Source: Carcharhinus longimanus
Lineage: Eukaryota
Length of the DNA stretch: 64,000 bases
NCBI GenBank assembly: GCA_030264375.1
Contig: JASCQW010000061.1
Span: 96,309,518-96,373,517, forward strand
Direction: 5' to 3'
Shown here: in pieces, positions 27,309-38,632 of the stretch
How positions within the stretch are numbered: the stretch's first letter is position 1
Layout of the letters: every line of letters starts with the position of its first letter
The notes under the pieces: model-generated
Told to the model about the DNA's origin: nothing
What the model saw: only the letters and a program-made list of their open reading frames with translations
Database searches by the model: none
Translations under genes and position numbers: made by a program

Positions 27309-28292
27309 ATGAACAGTAACACTGCTTCCTCTACCTTTGTTCGTGTCTGGACTGCTATCAACAACAGCAATCCAAGTGACAGCAATGCGAGTAGATAATA
27401 GCACAGGACCTATCTACCCTGCCTCATCCATCCACAGAACTGGCTTACCTTTGTTTCAAGTCTGAAATTAAAGTTCTATTCATTTAAAGTGACAAGAGGG
27501 TTGATTCTGGGGAAAAAAACCTGATCAACATTTGATACTATGTGTGACATGCGAGGGTCTACTCTATGCCATACGTCCTGTGGACAAGTCCTGATAGTAA
27601 TAATGCACCTTCTCAGTGTGAGAAAAATGTATGAGCATTTATTCTGCTCATTATAATGCGCCAATCATCACTTGGTAAAACTCATGAAGAAACCTTGTGT
27701 TGCGATGTAAGAGTCCTATAGCATCAGTCAGTCATACATTCATTTATGAATAGCATGAGATCCCACACTTTTCTGAATGTTTAAACTTGGCGCAGACTTC
27801 TTTTAAAGGACAGATGGAACATTTTTTGGAAATCTTTGATTGAAAATGAAGTGTTACTGGTTGATCGCTCATGCTGTTCCACTAGATGAGTTTCAGTATA
27901 TGTCCATTCACTTACATCTTCGTAGTGCTGATTTTACGAACATAATTGGGAATAGGAGGCGGCCAATCTGCCCCTCAGGCCTGCTCCGTCATTCAATAAT
28001 TTCATGGCACATCTGATTGTTATCTTAGCCATGCCCTGTATGAAGTCTGATGGTCGGCCCCTACCAGCCACACCCCTCTCCACTGAAATTAGGCCTTCTC
28101 CACATCGCATGACCAAACTGCTGTCTGCATATGCATGGCAGCTGACTCCATTGGCCCAAATTTAACCCATTCAAAACCCATTCACTCACATCAAGCACCA
28201 TGAATGTGGCTAACACCATCTGACAGCATCTAGATCAGAAACAGCACACAACCAACTATAGATCCTTGCGGAGTTCAAAGGTACTGACACAA

Positions 28293-28615
28293 TGGGCACG
28301 GTGGTTGGCACTGCTGCCTCACAGTGCCAGGAATCCAGGGTCAATACTAGCCTTGGGTCACTGTCTGTGTGGAGTTTGCACGTTCTCCAAGTCTGCGTGG
28401 GTTTCCCCTGCATGTGCCACGGTTTCCTCCCACAGTCCAAAAGATGTGCAGGTTAGGTTGATTGGCCACGCTGAAATTGCCCTTTAGTTTCAGATGGATA
28501 AGCAGGGTAAATAAGTGGGGTTACGGGGATAGAGCCTGGGTGGGATTGTTGCTGCTGCAGGTTTGATGGGATGAATGCCTCCTTCTGCACTATAGGGATT
28601 TGATTCTATGATTCT
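28293..28615 (+). mobile_element. HE1-type SINE, full length
   Basis: ggcacggtggttggcactgctgcctcacag head through gattctatgattcta tail. Confidence 0.88.
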
Positions 28616-30199
28616 AAACATGGCCATACCAAAATGATCAACATCTCCAGAATAATTTATTTTAATGTATTGATTGTAATCATGTTTTTCAGTAGAATTC
28701 ATGAATCTGATGCAGTGGCAGAGCGTAGCTGTAATGCTAACTAACAGTCAAATTCTTGATGGAGGAACTTATTTACTAAGATTCAATCAAATTAATCCCA
28801 ATAAAGCAACATCAAACTTACACAAGAGGAGATCAAGTGAGGCCCTTTCTGCTTGCTTAGATGAAATGAGAAGGTTCTTTTAACACCAAAAAAATTGAAG
28901 AAAGGTAAAAAATCATCCAGATAAAAAGCAGAACCTGCTCCCAAAACTATAAACAATAAGCAATTTATTAGCCTGTTTTGGAATCAACAAACATCTCACA
29001 CCCATCACATTGGAAAGTCCCCAATAATTCTCTGGCCATGAGAAGATCAGAGAAAGGTAAAATACAGAAACATCAGCAGCTGGAAACAGAAGGCAACAAA
29101 GTCATCAGAATCAGCTTATAAAAACATACACTGCGTTGGATTTTATTGGCTGGTCACCACTCCAGTTAAAATGGCAGAAGAAGAGCCAGCTCATGATCCT
29201 GATGGCATTTCCATAGCTTTGTAATACTGGGAGTAGCATTAACTGCTTTAAGGCAAGACTTCCACCCCTTTCTCAGGAGGAAATCCCACCGTTAAAAAGC
29301 TGCCATCAGTCAATCAGATGGCTGGTGGCTCTTATCCCCGGCAGCATCAGCCAGGAGCTATGGCCACCATTGGAAATGCTGAGGAGCTCTGCTAGTACAG
29401 GCTTGGGGGTCTTAGTGAGGGTTGTAAGCAGGACCTAGAGGCAGTGGGCTTCACTCTGTTGGGACCAGGGGACCTGCAAAGGAGGTCCCATCATTATTCC
29501 TCTGCCTGACAGTAGCACTCATAGCTAAAGCTGTCATGATTCCCAATGGCCTCAGGTAAAATACCAGTGGGAGTAGGATGAAGCCTTAAGCGGCCATTGC
29601 TTGGCCATTTATGAGCCTCAACTGGCCCAAGGATGAGCCAGGTGCCTATCCTGATCATTCTGCAAAATTTCAGTCAGGTCAGAGGAACGGGCAGATGGGT
29701 GGTGGAAAGACATTTTTGTATTTTAGGTGTGAAGTAATGCACTTTATTTAGTCACACGTGGTCTCACTTCATCAAGTGCTTTCTCAGCCTTCAAAGAAAT
29801 TGGAGAAGCACGCGTGAGAAAGGCACAAATATACAATTCAGTTTACACAGTTATACAACTGTCATATCTTCGGTAATCCTACTGTAGTTAAGATTTTAGA
29901 CAGAATGGGAACATCCTTAAACAGAAGCCCCTCAGACCATTAACGGAGTGACAAGCAAAGTTGCACCTCAGGAAACATGTAATGTAAGACTCCAAATTCG
30001 CAAAACCTACATATTTATTTTTTTCCCTCTACTGACTTGGAAGCAACTCATTATGTTCAGATGTATAGAACAATAAATTGTGATATTTTGTGGATTAGGT
30101 GCCATGGAAATTATGTCAAGCAAATAATTCGAAGAACATAAAAATTTTTGAAAAATGACCCCACTAGGGCTCTTCTGGATAATTATACTTCCCAGTGTG

Positions 30200-30595
30200 A
30201 TGATTTGATTTGATTTATTATTGTCATATGTATTAGTATACAGTGAAAAGTATTGTTTCTTGCTTGCTATGCAGACAAAGCATACCATTCATAGAGAAGG
30301 AAAGAAGGGAGTGTAGTATCACAGTCATAGCTAGGGTGTTGAGAAAGATCAAATTAGTGCGAGGTGGGCCCATTCAAAAGTCTGACAGCAGCAGGGAATA
30401 ATCTGTTCTTGAGTTGGTTGGCACATAATCTCTGACTTTTGTATCTTTTTCCTGATGGAAGAAAGTGGAAGAGAGTATGTCCAGGGTGTGTGGGGTCCTT
30501 AATTATGTTGGCTGTTTTTCCAAGGCAGCAGGAAATGTAGACAAAGTCAACGGACGGTAGGCTGGTTTGCATGCTGGATTGTGCTACATTCACAC
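30200..30595 (-). mobile_element. Rex1/Babar-like LINE 3' fragment
   Basis: IIKDPTHPGHTLFHFLPSGKRYKS..NQLKNRLFPAAVRLLN. (tcaaa)n tail. Confidence 0.8.
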
Positions 30596-31307
30596 AGCTA
30601 AGCCGCTTAGAAGTTCAAGTTCAGTCCTGCATTTGACTAATATTTGGTCCGAACCAGAATAGATATTGGCTGACATCTAGCTGCAGAATTCTTAGGAAGG
30701 ACTGTGGGAGAATCTCAGCTAACATAATCACCTTGACTTGATACCTCATAATTCCTGGCAGGAAGTACATAAGGGGTGTTGGGTGAGAACAATATTGCAC
30801 TTGACTGATGTACACTCCAATGTTGAGCTACCCAGCAGTACACAGTCTAAGCTTACTTATGAAGCTTGCCACTGGACAACTACTCATTCACACCCAAAAG
30901 GAGTTCACTGCCTTACTGAGCAAAAGAGAGAATACTGGCCAAAAAAATTAAATCAAACACAAAGAGATTAAAATTCATCTCAAGTGGTGGCAAACAGGTG
31001 GTATCAAACTGGATACTGATTAAGTATGATATTTTATGTCATTCCAGTCAATGGAATTAAATAATAGATGCCGCATGTAATGGGCGGCCAATCCAATACT
31101 CCTTATTTGGTGCCACTGTCCAAGACAAATTTCTACCCCAAATACATTGCAAAATTAATAAAAATTCCCCGCAAGACCAGCACAGATTAAAAACTTCTCT
31201 TTTAAAATATCAAAATTTTTGCATAGTAATTAACTGGTATCATTACAATTACAGAATCTTTTGCTTTAATTGTGATAATAACTCTGTGGTAGGCACAGGC
31301 TCCATTT

Positions 31308-31560
31308 GAACATAAGAACATAAGAAATAGGAGCAGGAGTAGGCCATCTGGCCCTTCGAGCCTGCCCCGCCATTCAATANNNNNNNNNNNNNNNNNNNNN
31401 NNNNNNNNNNNNNNNNNNNNNNNNNNNNNNNNNNNNNNNNNNNNNNNNNNNNNNNNNNNNNNNNNNNNNNNNNNNNNNNTCCGCAAATTTCGACACCCTA
31501 CACTCGGTTCCCACCTCCAGATCATCTATATAAATGGTAAAAAGCTGAGGCCCCTGGGGC
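31308..31560 (-). mobile_element. Young 5'-truncated CR1 LINE (collapsed by gap) next to the exon 7 donor
   Basis: GPQLFTIYIDDLEVGTECRVSKFA reverse transcriptase motif, and (ttcttatg)n tail. Confidence 0.88.
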
Positions 31561-31578
31561 ACTCGGACAGTCACTTAC

Positions 31579-31690
31579 CAATATCGAGGACTCTCTGTTT
31601 GGCAGTGTGCTGTCGAGAATGCCAGTATTTCCAATATCTCAGTTGCTCATCACGGTTCTTATCTTCACTGAATACCACCATTATTACACT
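31579..31690 (-). CDS. GRHL2: GRHL2 coding exon (equivalent to exon 7), 112 nt
   Basis: ccccag|AGT...ATTG|gtaagt. Translates [37 protein letters not shown](A). Confidence 0.97.
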
Positions 31691-32689
31691 CTGGGGAAGA
31701 GGATTATTCAGGTTATATTCTTAATATCTCGCAATAAATTACAAAGCATTCAGATTTATCATTTTTCAATCCTTATAGCCTTTTGATATTTTCTCCACCA
31801 GAGCATAATTACTCCATAACTGGCTGCAGTTCCTTACCATTACCAGGGAATACACCAGAGATTTTATTCCACAATAAAACTTTCCAAAAGAAAGAAAATG
31901 TATTGCAAGAAATGAACTCACATCTTTGGACTATGGAAGGAAACCAGAGCAGCCAGAGGAAACCCATGCAAACACAGCGAGAACGTGCAAACTCCACAGT
32001 CACACAAGGCCGGAATTGAATGCGGATCCCTGGTGCTGTGAGGCAGCACTGCTAACCATTTGCACATTCCTTCCATTCACATTTGTTTGTACTCGGTAGT
32101 TTAAGCTCTCATTATTCATATTGTAGTCCCTCAAAAAGAACCTATACCCTATCTTCAAAGTCATGTTTTGCAAACAAGCTGCCTTTTTCCTCATCACTTA
32201 CAATTTGTACAGACCCTACACCCAGTTCCACTGAAACAGAGCAAGCTGTAGTTCTTACAGAAAAGAGATATAACACTGTCCTTACCATCTCATACAATCT
32301 TCAGCTAAACTCTGTGAGATGCAAGCTGAGACCTAATGTATGCTTCTGCTATTAGAGCAGCATTTAGTGTAATTAATTGTTTAGAACCATCATATCAGCA
32401 AAAAGACCATTTTCATGCAAAGCTATGTATTTATTTCAGTAAATAGCCAATAGCAGTAGGTAGGCACTTTAACAAATTTTTAACTTCTGTTATGAAGCAG
32501 AAACAAAACAAAGTGATTTCAATTCCCGTTGAATCAATCATAGAATTGCTACAATGCAGAAAGAGGCTATTCAGCCCATCAAATCTGCACCAACTCAGCA
32601 TTTACTCAAGCCCACAACCCACCCACACTATCCCCTATACTCTGCACATTTACCATGGCTAATCCACCTAATCTGCATTTTGGAAAGTC

Positions 32690-33455
32690 TAATACAGATA
32701 GAAATATACAGTAAATGGCAGAACCCTTAAAAGTATTGATAGGCAAAGGGATCTGGCTGTACATGTACATAGGTCACTGAAAGTGGCAATACAGGTAGAG
32801 AAGGTAGTCAAGAAGGCATATGGCATGCTTGCTTTCATCGACCAGGGCATCGAGTTTAAAAATTGGCAAGTCATGTTGCAGCTTTATAGAACCTTAGTTA
32901 GGCCGCACTTGGAAGGTAGTGTTCAATTCTGGTCGCCACACTACCAGAAGGATGTGGAGGCTTTGGAGACGGTACAGAAAAGACTTACCAGGATATTACC
33001 TCATATGGAGGGCAATAGCTATGAGGAGAGGTTGGAGAAACTTGGTTTGTTCTCACTGGAGCGTCGAAGGTTGAGAAGCGACCTGATAGGAGTCAACAAG
33101 ATTATGAGAGGCATGGACAGAGTGGATAGTCAGAAGATTTTTCCCAGGGTGGAAGAGTCAATTACTAGAGGGCACAGATTTAAGATGCGAGGGGCAAGGT
33201 TTAAAGGAGATGTATGAGGCAGATTTTTTTACACAGAGAGTAGAGGATGCTTGGAGCTCGTTGCCAGGTGAGGTAATGGAAGCGGGTACGGTAGTGGCTT
33301 TTAAGGTGCGTCTTGACAAATACACGAATAGAATGGGAAGAGAGAGATATGGTCCCTGGAACGATAGGGGGTTTTTGTTCAGTTGGGCGGCACGGTCAGT
33401 GCAGGCTTGGAGGGCTGAAGGGCCCGTTCCTGTGCTGTAATTTTCTTTGTTCTTT
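32690..33455 (+). mobile_element. CR1 (HER1-like) LINE 3' fragment
   Basis: ORF 32783-33217 LYRTLVRPHLEGSVQFWSPHYQKDVEALETVQKRLTR is the CR1 ORF2 C-terminus. Tail gggctgaagggcccgttcctgtgctgta. Confidence 0.92.
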
Positions 33456-33648
33456 GAAAAGCAACATGTCATTTAGGCATGACTGCAGCTACTCTTCAGT
33501 TTCACTGCTGGAAGGCTTCCCAGCTTATCGGTTTCACTGACGAAGCACTCCCTGCCTTGTTCTCACCTAGCTGACCCCACACTGATCAGGAAATCCATGC
33601 ACAGGCTGTAAATATCAGCCGGCCAGCTTAAATCCTCAGGTAATTGGA

Positions 33649-33974
33649 TACAGTAGGAAGTCTTATAACACCAGGTTAAAGTTCAACAGGGTTATTTGGA
33701 ATCACGAGCTTTCGGAGTGCTGTTCGTTCATCAGGTGAGTCACTCTCTGGGTGTGACAGTTCCACAACAACAGGGTGAAAACTAGAATTTCAAGGTTGTA
33801 CCTTTGTCTCACACACAAGCACAATTTTACCTATTGCCCCCAAGAGTGACTCACCTGATGAAGGAGCAGTGCTCCAAAAGCTCATAATTCCAAATAAATT
33901 TGTTGAACTTTAATCTGGTGTTGTGAGATTTCTCACTGCGTCCACCCTAGTCCAACACCAGCATTTCCACATTA
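33649..33974 (+). mobile_element. Fold-back Penelope-like element with a ~100-bp foreign spacer
   Basis: Arms 33651-33746 and 33843-33938 (16 mismatches in 96), decayed CTGATGA...GAAA motifs, tail tccaacaccagcatttccacat, and 12-bp TSD caggtaattgga at 33637-33648 and 33975-33986. Confidence 0.82.
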
Positions 33975-33994
33975 CAGGTAATTGGAGATATACA

Positions 33995-34248
33995 TGTTTT
34001 AGTCACTGAGGGTTGTGAATCTGTGGAATTCACTGCCCCATACTGCAGTGGAGGCAGGATCAATCAAAAGATTCAAGAAAGAGTTAGATATGTTTCTAAT
34101 GAAAAGCGGGATAAGAGGCAATGGGGAGCAGACAGGAAAGTAGAGTAGAGACCAGGATATGATCAGCCATGATCATGTTAAATGATGGAGCAGGCTCAAA
34201 GGGCTGAATTGCTTACTCCCACTCCTAATTCCTATGTTCCTATGTTCT
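33995..34248 (+). mobile_element. CR1 3' fragment
   Basis: gagggttgtgaatctgtggaattc...cctatgttcctatgttc. Confidence 0.8.
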
Positions 34249-35379
34249 TCCTCCAGATCTGCAGGAGCCTCCTATTCATCCGAAAATCTACCCAGATTAA
34301 ATTCAGAAGACAGGATCGATGTCATGATCCAATGCCACTTTTCAAGGCATTAGCCCCCTACACCCGCAATCCCCCACTCCTTTGGCAATTAAAATTCTGC
34401 CTTGGTTGTCACGGATAGAAAATCTTCCACTTTTACATTCATCACAAAACATTCAGCCTGTTAAACAGAATAATGAATCTGCTATTGCAAATGTAAAGGA
34501 GAGAGATTAAATGTTTTCCAAAACTATCTGTGTGTACTTCGGAGGGTTTAGGCTCTCTTTAACCACATTTAGAGAATTATGAGCCAATTACTCAAAAAAT
34601 AATTCCCACAGGAAACCTGGGGCTTTTGGAGAGAAGAATAATTGTGAATATGACCTTTGCATTCAAGAGGGCAGAATGTTATACGGCAGGTAACTAAACA
34701 GATTCCAGAAATTCTAGACACTAAATATAATTGGAATAAATTGGAAATGTTGCCACTGGAGAAAAGGCAATTGCTGACATTTTTCACAATTCTAAAGAAT
34801 ATAGATAAGCCCTGCTTCATAAACCGTGTAACTGAAGCTAGGAAGGAAGAGAGGAGGAGAGGGGAAAGGTGAACAGTTTAGACTGAACATAGATGATAAG
34901 TGTGTGAAAAGGACTCCAGGGAAAGATAAATGGATCAATCAGTACATTCGAGAGTAAGGCTGATCATTTTTTAAGCAAGAGAAGCAACTGAGCAGTAGAA
35001 CGATGAGCAATGGTATTTTTTAAACTGTAAAATGACCCCAGACGGACCAGTTCTATGCAGTCCTCAGCTCCAGAAATGGGCTCTTCTGCCTGGTGTTATA
35101 TTCTATGGGCCTTGCTGATATGTACAGAGCTGAAGACAGAATTCCATGCCAGTGGATTTTATAGTCCCACCAAAGTCGTTAGACTTTTGAACAGCTTGTT
35201 ACATTTTACAGCCCACCCCATCACTATAGGGCCATAAAATTTTGTCTCTAGTTATTATGGATGCAGGTCTCCCTCTCAATGCTGTTGAGTCTGTCAATTG
35301 AATTATTTTTCTTCCTCCTCCTGCATATAACGTCAAATATCAGAGGCATAGCTCTGACAATGGGTAAATGAGACACACT

Positions 35380-35585
35380 GGATGGCATTTCCCCCTTCCT
35401 GCCAGCAGGATCTTCCGCTCCTGCCAAAGGCTCCCCCACACACCCCACTCCAAGGCAGGTTCCCTAATGGCATATTGGACGAGCCACACAAATTGCAGGA
35501 TCAGAAGATTTCGCCAGTGGCCAATGGCAAGCTGCCTCCCCCAACAGAAAACATGCCGCAGGGTGGGGACTGGAAAATCCTGCCC
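35380..35585. mobile_element. MITE-like element
   Basis: Ends ggaaaatcctgccc. Related fragment at about 5592-5682. A similar terminus aaaattccgccc closes a GC-rich element at 1-548. Confidence 0.55.
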
Positions 35586-36389
35586 TTTATCTGTCAAAGC
35601 CATTTGGTGTCTGTTAAAAACAGCTTCTGCATTAGGCAGTGCTTTTGTTTTTCAAGGTTCTGCTTAACAAGTGGAAATGAATGTCTCTTGGAATTACACT
35701 TAATTTAAATGGAAACAGTTATATATTAAATTTTTCAATTTTTTCCTAACTACTAAATTGAAAAATTATTTCACAGGCTTTAATCAAATTGTCATGAAGA
35801 GAAAAAGAGACTTTCATTTGAATTGTGGCTCTCAACCTTAGGACTCTCCAAACTGCTTTCAGAAATGTAGGAACTATGGACAGCCAACATCTACATAGCA
35901 AGGACCCATAAACATCAATAAAATCCTGACCAAGTCATTTGTTTACTGATGTTACTTGAGAGAAAAATATTAGTCAGAACACCAGGAATACCTATTCTTC
36001 AAAACAGTACAATGAGAATGCACTGCCTGGGAGGGTGGCGGAACAGGATGCCTCACATCCTTTAAGAATTACCTGGATGAGTACTTGGCATGCCTAACGT
36101 TCAAGGCTATGGGCCAAGTGCTGGCAAGTGAGATTAGGTGAGGTCAGGGCCATTCGTGTGATGCTGTAGATTCGATGGGCCAAAGGGCCTATTCTGCACT
36201 GTAGTACTTTGCGATTCTGAGATCTTTCTAAATTCAGCTGAGAAGACAGACAGAGCTTCAGTTTGACCTTTCATCAGACACTGTGGCTCAGACTTCTTCC
36301 TTACACTTGTCATGTCAGTCTAGATTCTGAGTGGGGCTCGAGTCCACAACCAGTGAAACCACTAAATTCATGTCAGCATTTAACACAAG

Positions 36390-36682
36390 CAGCACATTGG
36401 TTAGCACTGCTACCTCACAGCGCCAGGAACCCAGGTTCAATTCCCAGCTTGGGTGACTGTCTGTGCGGTGTCTGCACGTTCTCCCCATGTCTGTGGGTTT
36501 CCTACGGATGCTCTGCTTTCCTCCAAGTCCGAAGGATGTGCTGATTAGGTGCATTGGCCATGCTAAATTCTCCATCAGTGTACCCGAACAGATGATGGAG
36601 TGTGGCAACTAGGGATTTTCACAGTAACTTCATTACAGTGTTAATGTAAGCCTACTTGTGACTAATAAATAAACTAAACTAA
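36390..36682 (+). mobile_element. V-SINE with an alternative 3' tail
   Basis: HE1-like head and core, but ends ggattttcacagtaacttcattacagtgttaatgtaagcctacttgtgactaataaataaact. The same tail occurs alone at 23081-23146. Confidence 0.8.
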
Positions 36683-36954
36683 TCATTGGCTGCATCACTT
36701 AAGTATTGCTGTCCAAAATGGTATTGGAGTTATGCTGCTTTGGTTCGATGCTTTTATGCAAATCACAAGCACAACCTTCTCACACAGGAACACTTATGCA
36801 AAGTTTGAAACTACAAAACAGCCATCTGGATTGGACATTCGCGGTTTAAAACCAAATTGTGCAATAATAGTAAATACCCCCTTACCTTAGTATTTACTGC
36901 CAGCACCTCTTCCCCCCAACACTCTGCAGTTTTCTCCCCTCACCTGAAAGTCTT

Positions 36955-37045
36955 GTAGTTCTGAAGAAGTTATTTTCAACTCAAAACATTAACTCTGCTT
37001 CTCTCTCTGTAGGCGCTGCCAGTGTTCCCAGTATTTTCTGATTGT
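36955..37045 (+). mobile_element. Penelope-like terminal fragment
   Basis: agttctgaagaag...actcaaaacattaactctgcttctctctc..gctgccag, similar to 49777-49845. Confidence 0.55.
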
Positions 37046-37225
37046 ATCACAAATACTAATCAATTTTAACCCTCCCTAACCCAAGTGTGCAAAGATCCAT
37101 TTTGCAATTTCCTTCAAATGCATGAAAATTGCATTGTATCTATTGACTGGTGGTAAAAGACACAGTGACTACATGCAGGCTACCTGCAAATCAACATAAT
37201 TCCACTCAGAAACACAACAGCTTAC

Positions 37226-37382
37226 CCTAACTTTGCTGATCGGATGGCGAAGGCATTTGTTGGCTCCTGTTTCCCTGAGTGTTATAGAATAAAACTGTCC
37301 TTTGTTCAGATAGGTCATCGGCCCTTCCCCCTGCTTTTGACGTAAAGACTTTGTGGCTTCCAACATGTACTGGAACGAATCT
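37226..37382 (-). CDS. GRHL2: GRHL2 coding exon (equivalent to exon 6), 157 nt, start of CP2/Grh DNA-binding domain
   Basis: ctccag|A...AGG|gtaagc. Translates [52 protein letters not shown]. Confidence 0.97.
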
Positions 37383-37861
37383 CTGGAGTAAAGGAAGAAT
37401 TAATGATGGGAGAATGCACAGTTCAAGGAAACATGCTAAGGGTCTGGTAAGTGTCAATGTTCATACTTTGGAGGTAGACTTAAAAATTTGCACAAATACT
37501 GGTTGGATCTAATGTCTGTTCAGAAGGTGTGGCACTGCAGTTGCTTATCACAGAGATCTTCTTTACACTCTCCTAAATGACATGAATAATTTTATTTTCT
37601 ATAAAATGCAGTACATTAAATTAGCAGCACCAATCTAAAACAAACCAGCTTCATAAAATACCATGATTGGTTAAGACATACCAACAGCAGCAAAACTAGT
37701 TGAAGGGCCTGGGAGGGCTGAAGCTTTGTGTCCAACTGATTGTCTCAATTGCAATGGAACAGTTTTGAGAAGCCAGGAGGGCTCCTGGAAAGGTGTCCAG
37801 ATATTCCTCCCTCGGTTAAGGAGTCGAGAGACTGGTTAAAAACAGCAAACAGCCATAGCAC

Positions 37862-38070
37862 ATGGATTTCCTCCAGGTGCTCTGGTTTCCTCCCATTGTC
37901 CAAAGATGTGCGGGTTAGGTGGATCCGCCACGCTAAATTGTCCCTTAGTTTCAGGAGGACTATCTAGGGTAAATGCATTGGGTTATGGGGGATAGGGCCT
38001 GGGTGGGGTTGTGTTCAGTGCAGACTCGATGGGCCAAATAGCTTCCTTCTGCACTGTAGAGATTCTATGA
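37862..38070 (+). mobile_element. HE1-type SINE, 5'-truncated
   Basis: Core and tail motifs. Confidence 0.8.
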
Positions 38071-38576
38071 TCTATCTGGTGAAGGCAGTTGGCATTTCAG
38101 ATGCTCAACCATCATCAGAATCTTTCTGACAAACCTGCATCAACTCCACCCGGAGAACATGCAAAGAAAGGAAGGGAGAAAATAGCCAGGAGAACAGAAA
38201 AATATCTCCAAGAGAACAGAAAACTGTTCAACACTGATAGTCTTTAATTTATTTCATCTTAAATTCGTTTTTCCTGAGGCCATTAACTCCTTGCTGGGAT
38301 ATTGTTTGTTCAGTACTGGGCACCTATCAGTACTTCACCCACACATTCATTCAAGAGTCTTGGCAACAAGTTCAGTGGGTTAGTTTATCTCAGGGGACAT
38401 TACCTCAGACTCACATAGGGTCGAACACAGAAACCATTCAACTCACATAAAAGACTGAGCCAAGAAATTAGTGAATAGGGTCTATCACACATTGTGCTTG
38501 ACCAGGGCATCTGGCTGCTTCTCATAATATGGAGTTTCCAAATACATAGATCTCTCCAGAGATTCTAATGCCTTAC

Positions 38577-38632
38577 CCTCCTGAATGCTCATAGATGAAT
38601 TCTTCATCCCCTAATGAAGAGCTGCGGTATTT
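38577..38632 (-). CDS. GRHL2: GRHL2 coding exon (equivalent to exon 5), 56 nt
   Basis: ctgcag|AAA...GAGG|gtaagg. Translates KYRSSSLGDEEFIYEHSG(G), compared with recalled human KFRSASVGAEEYMYDQTSS. Not in the ORF track. Phase fits both neighbours. Confidence 0.93.

Noticed and set aside
33649-33974. CRISPR-like repeat-spacer array
   Set aside because: The repeats are inverted and single, in a vertebrate intron, with no array or cas genes.
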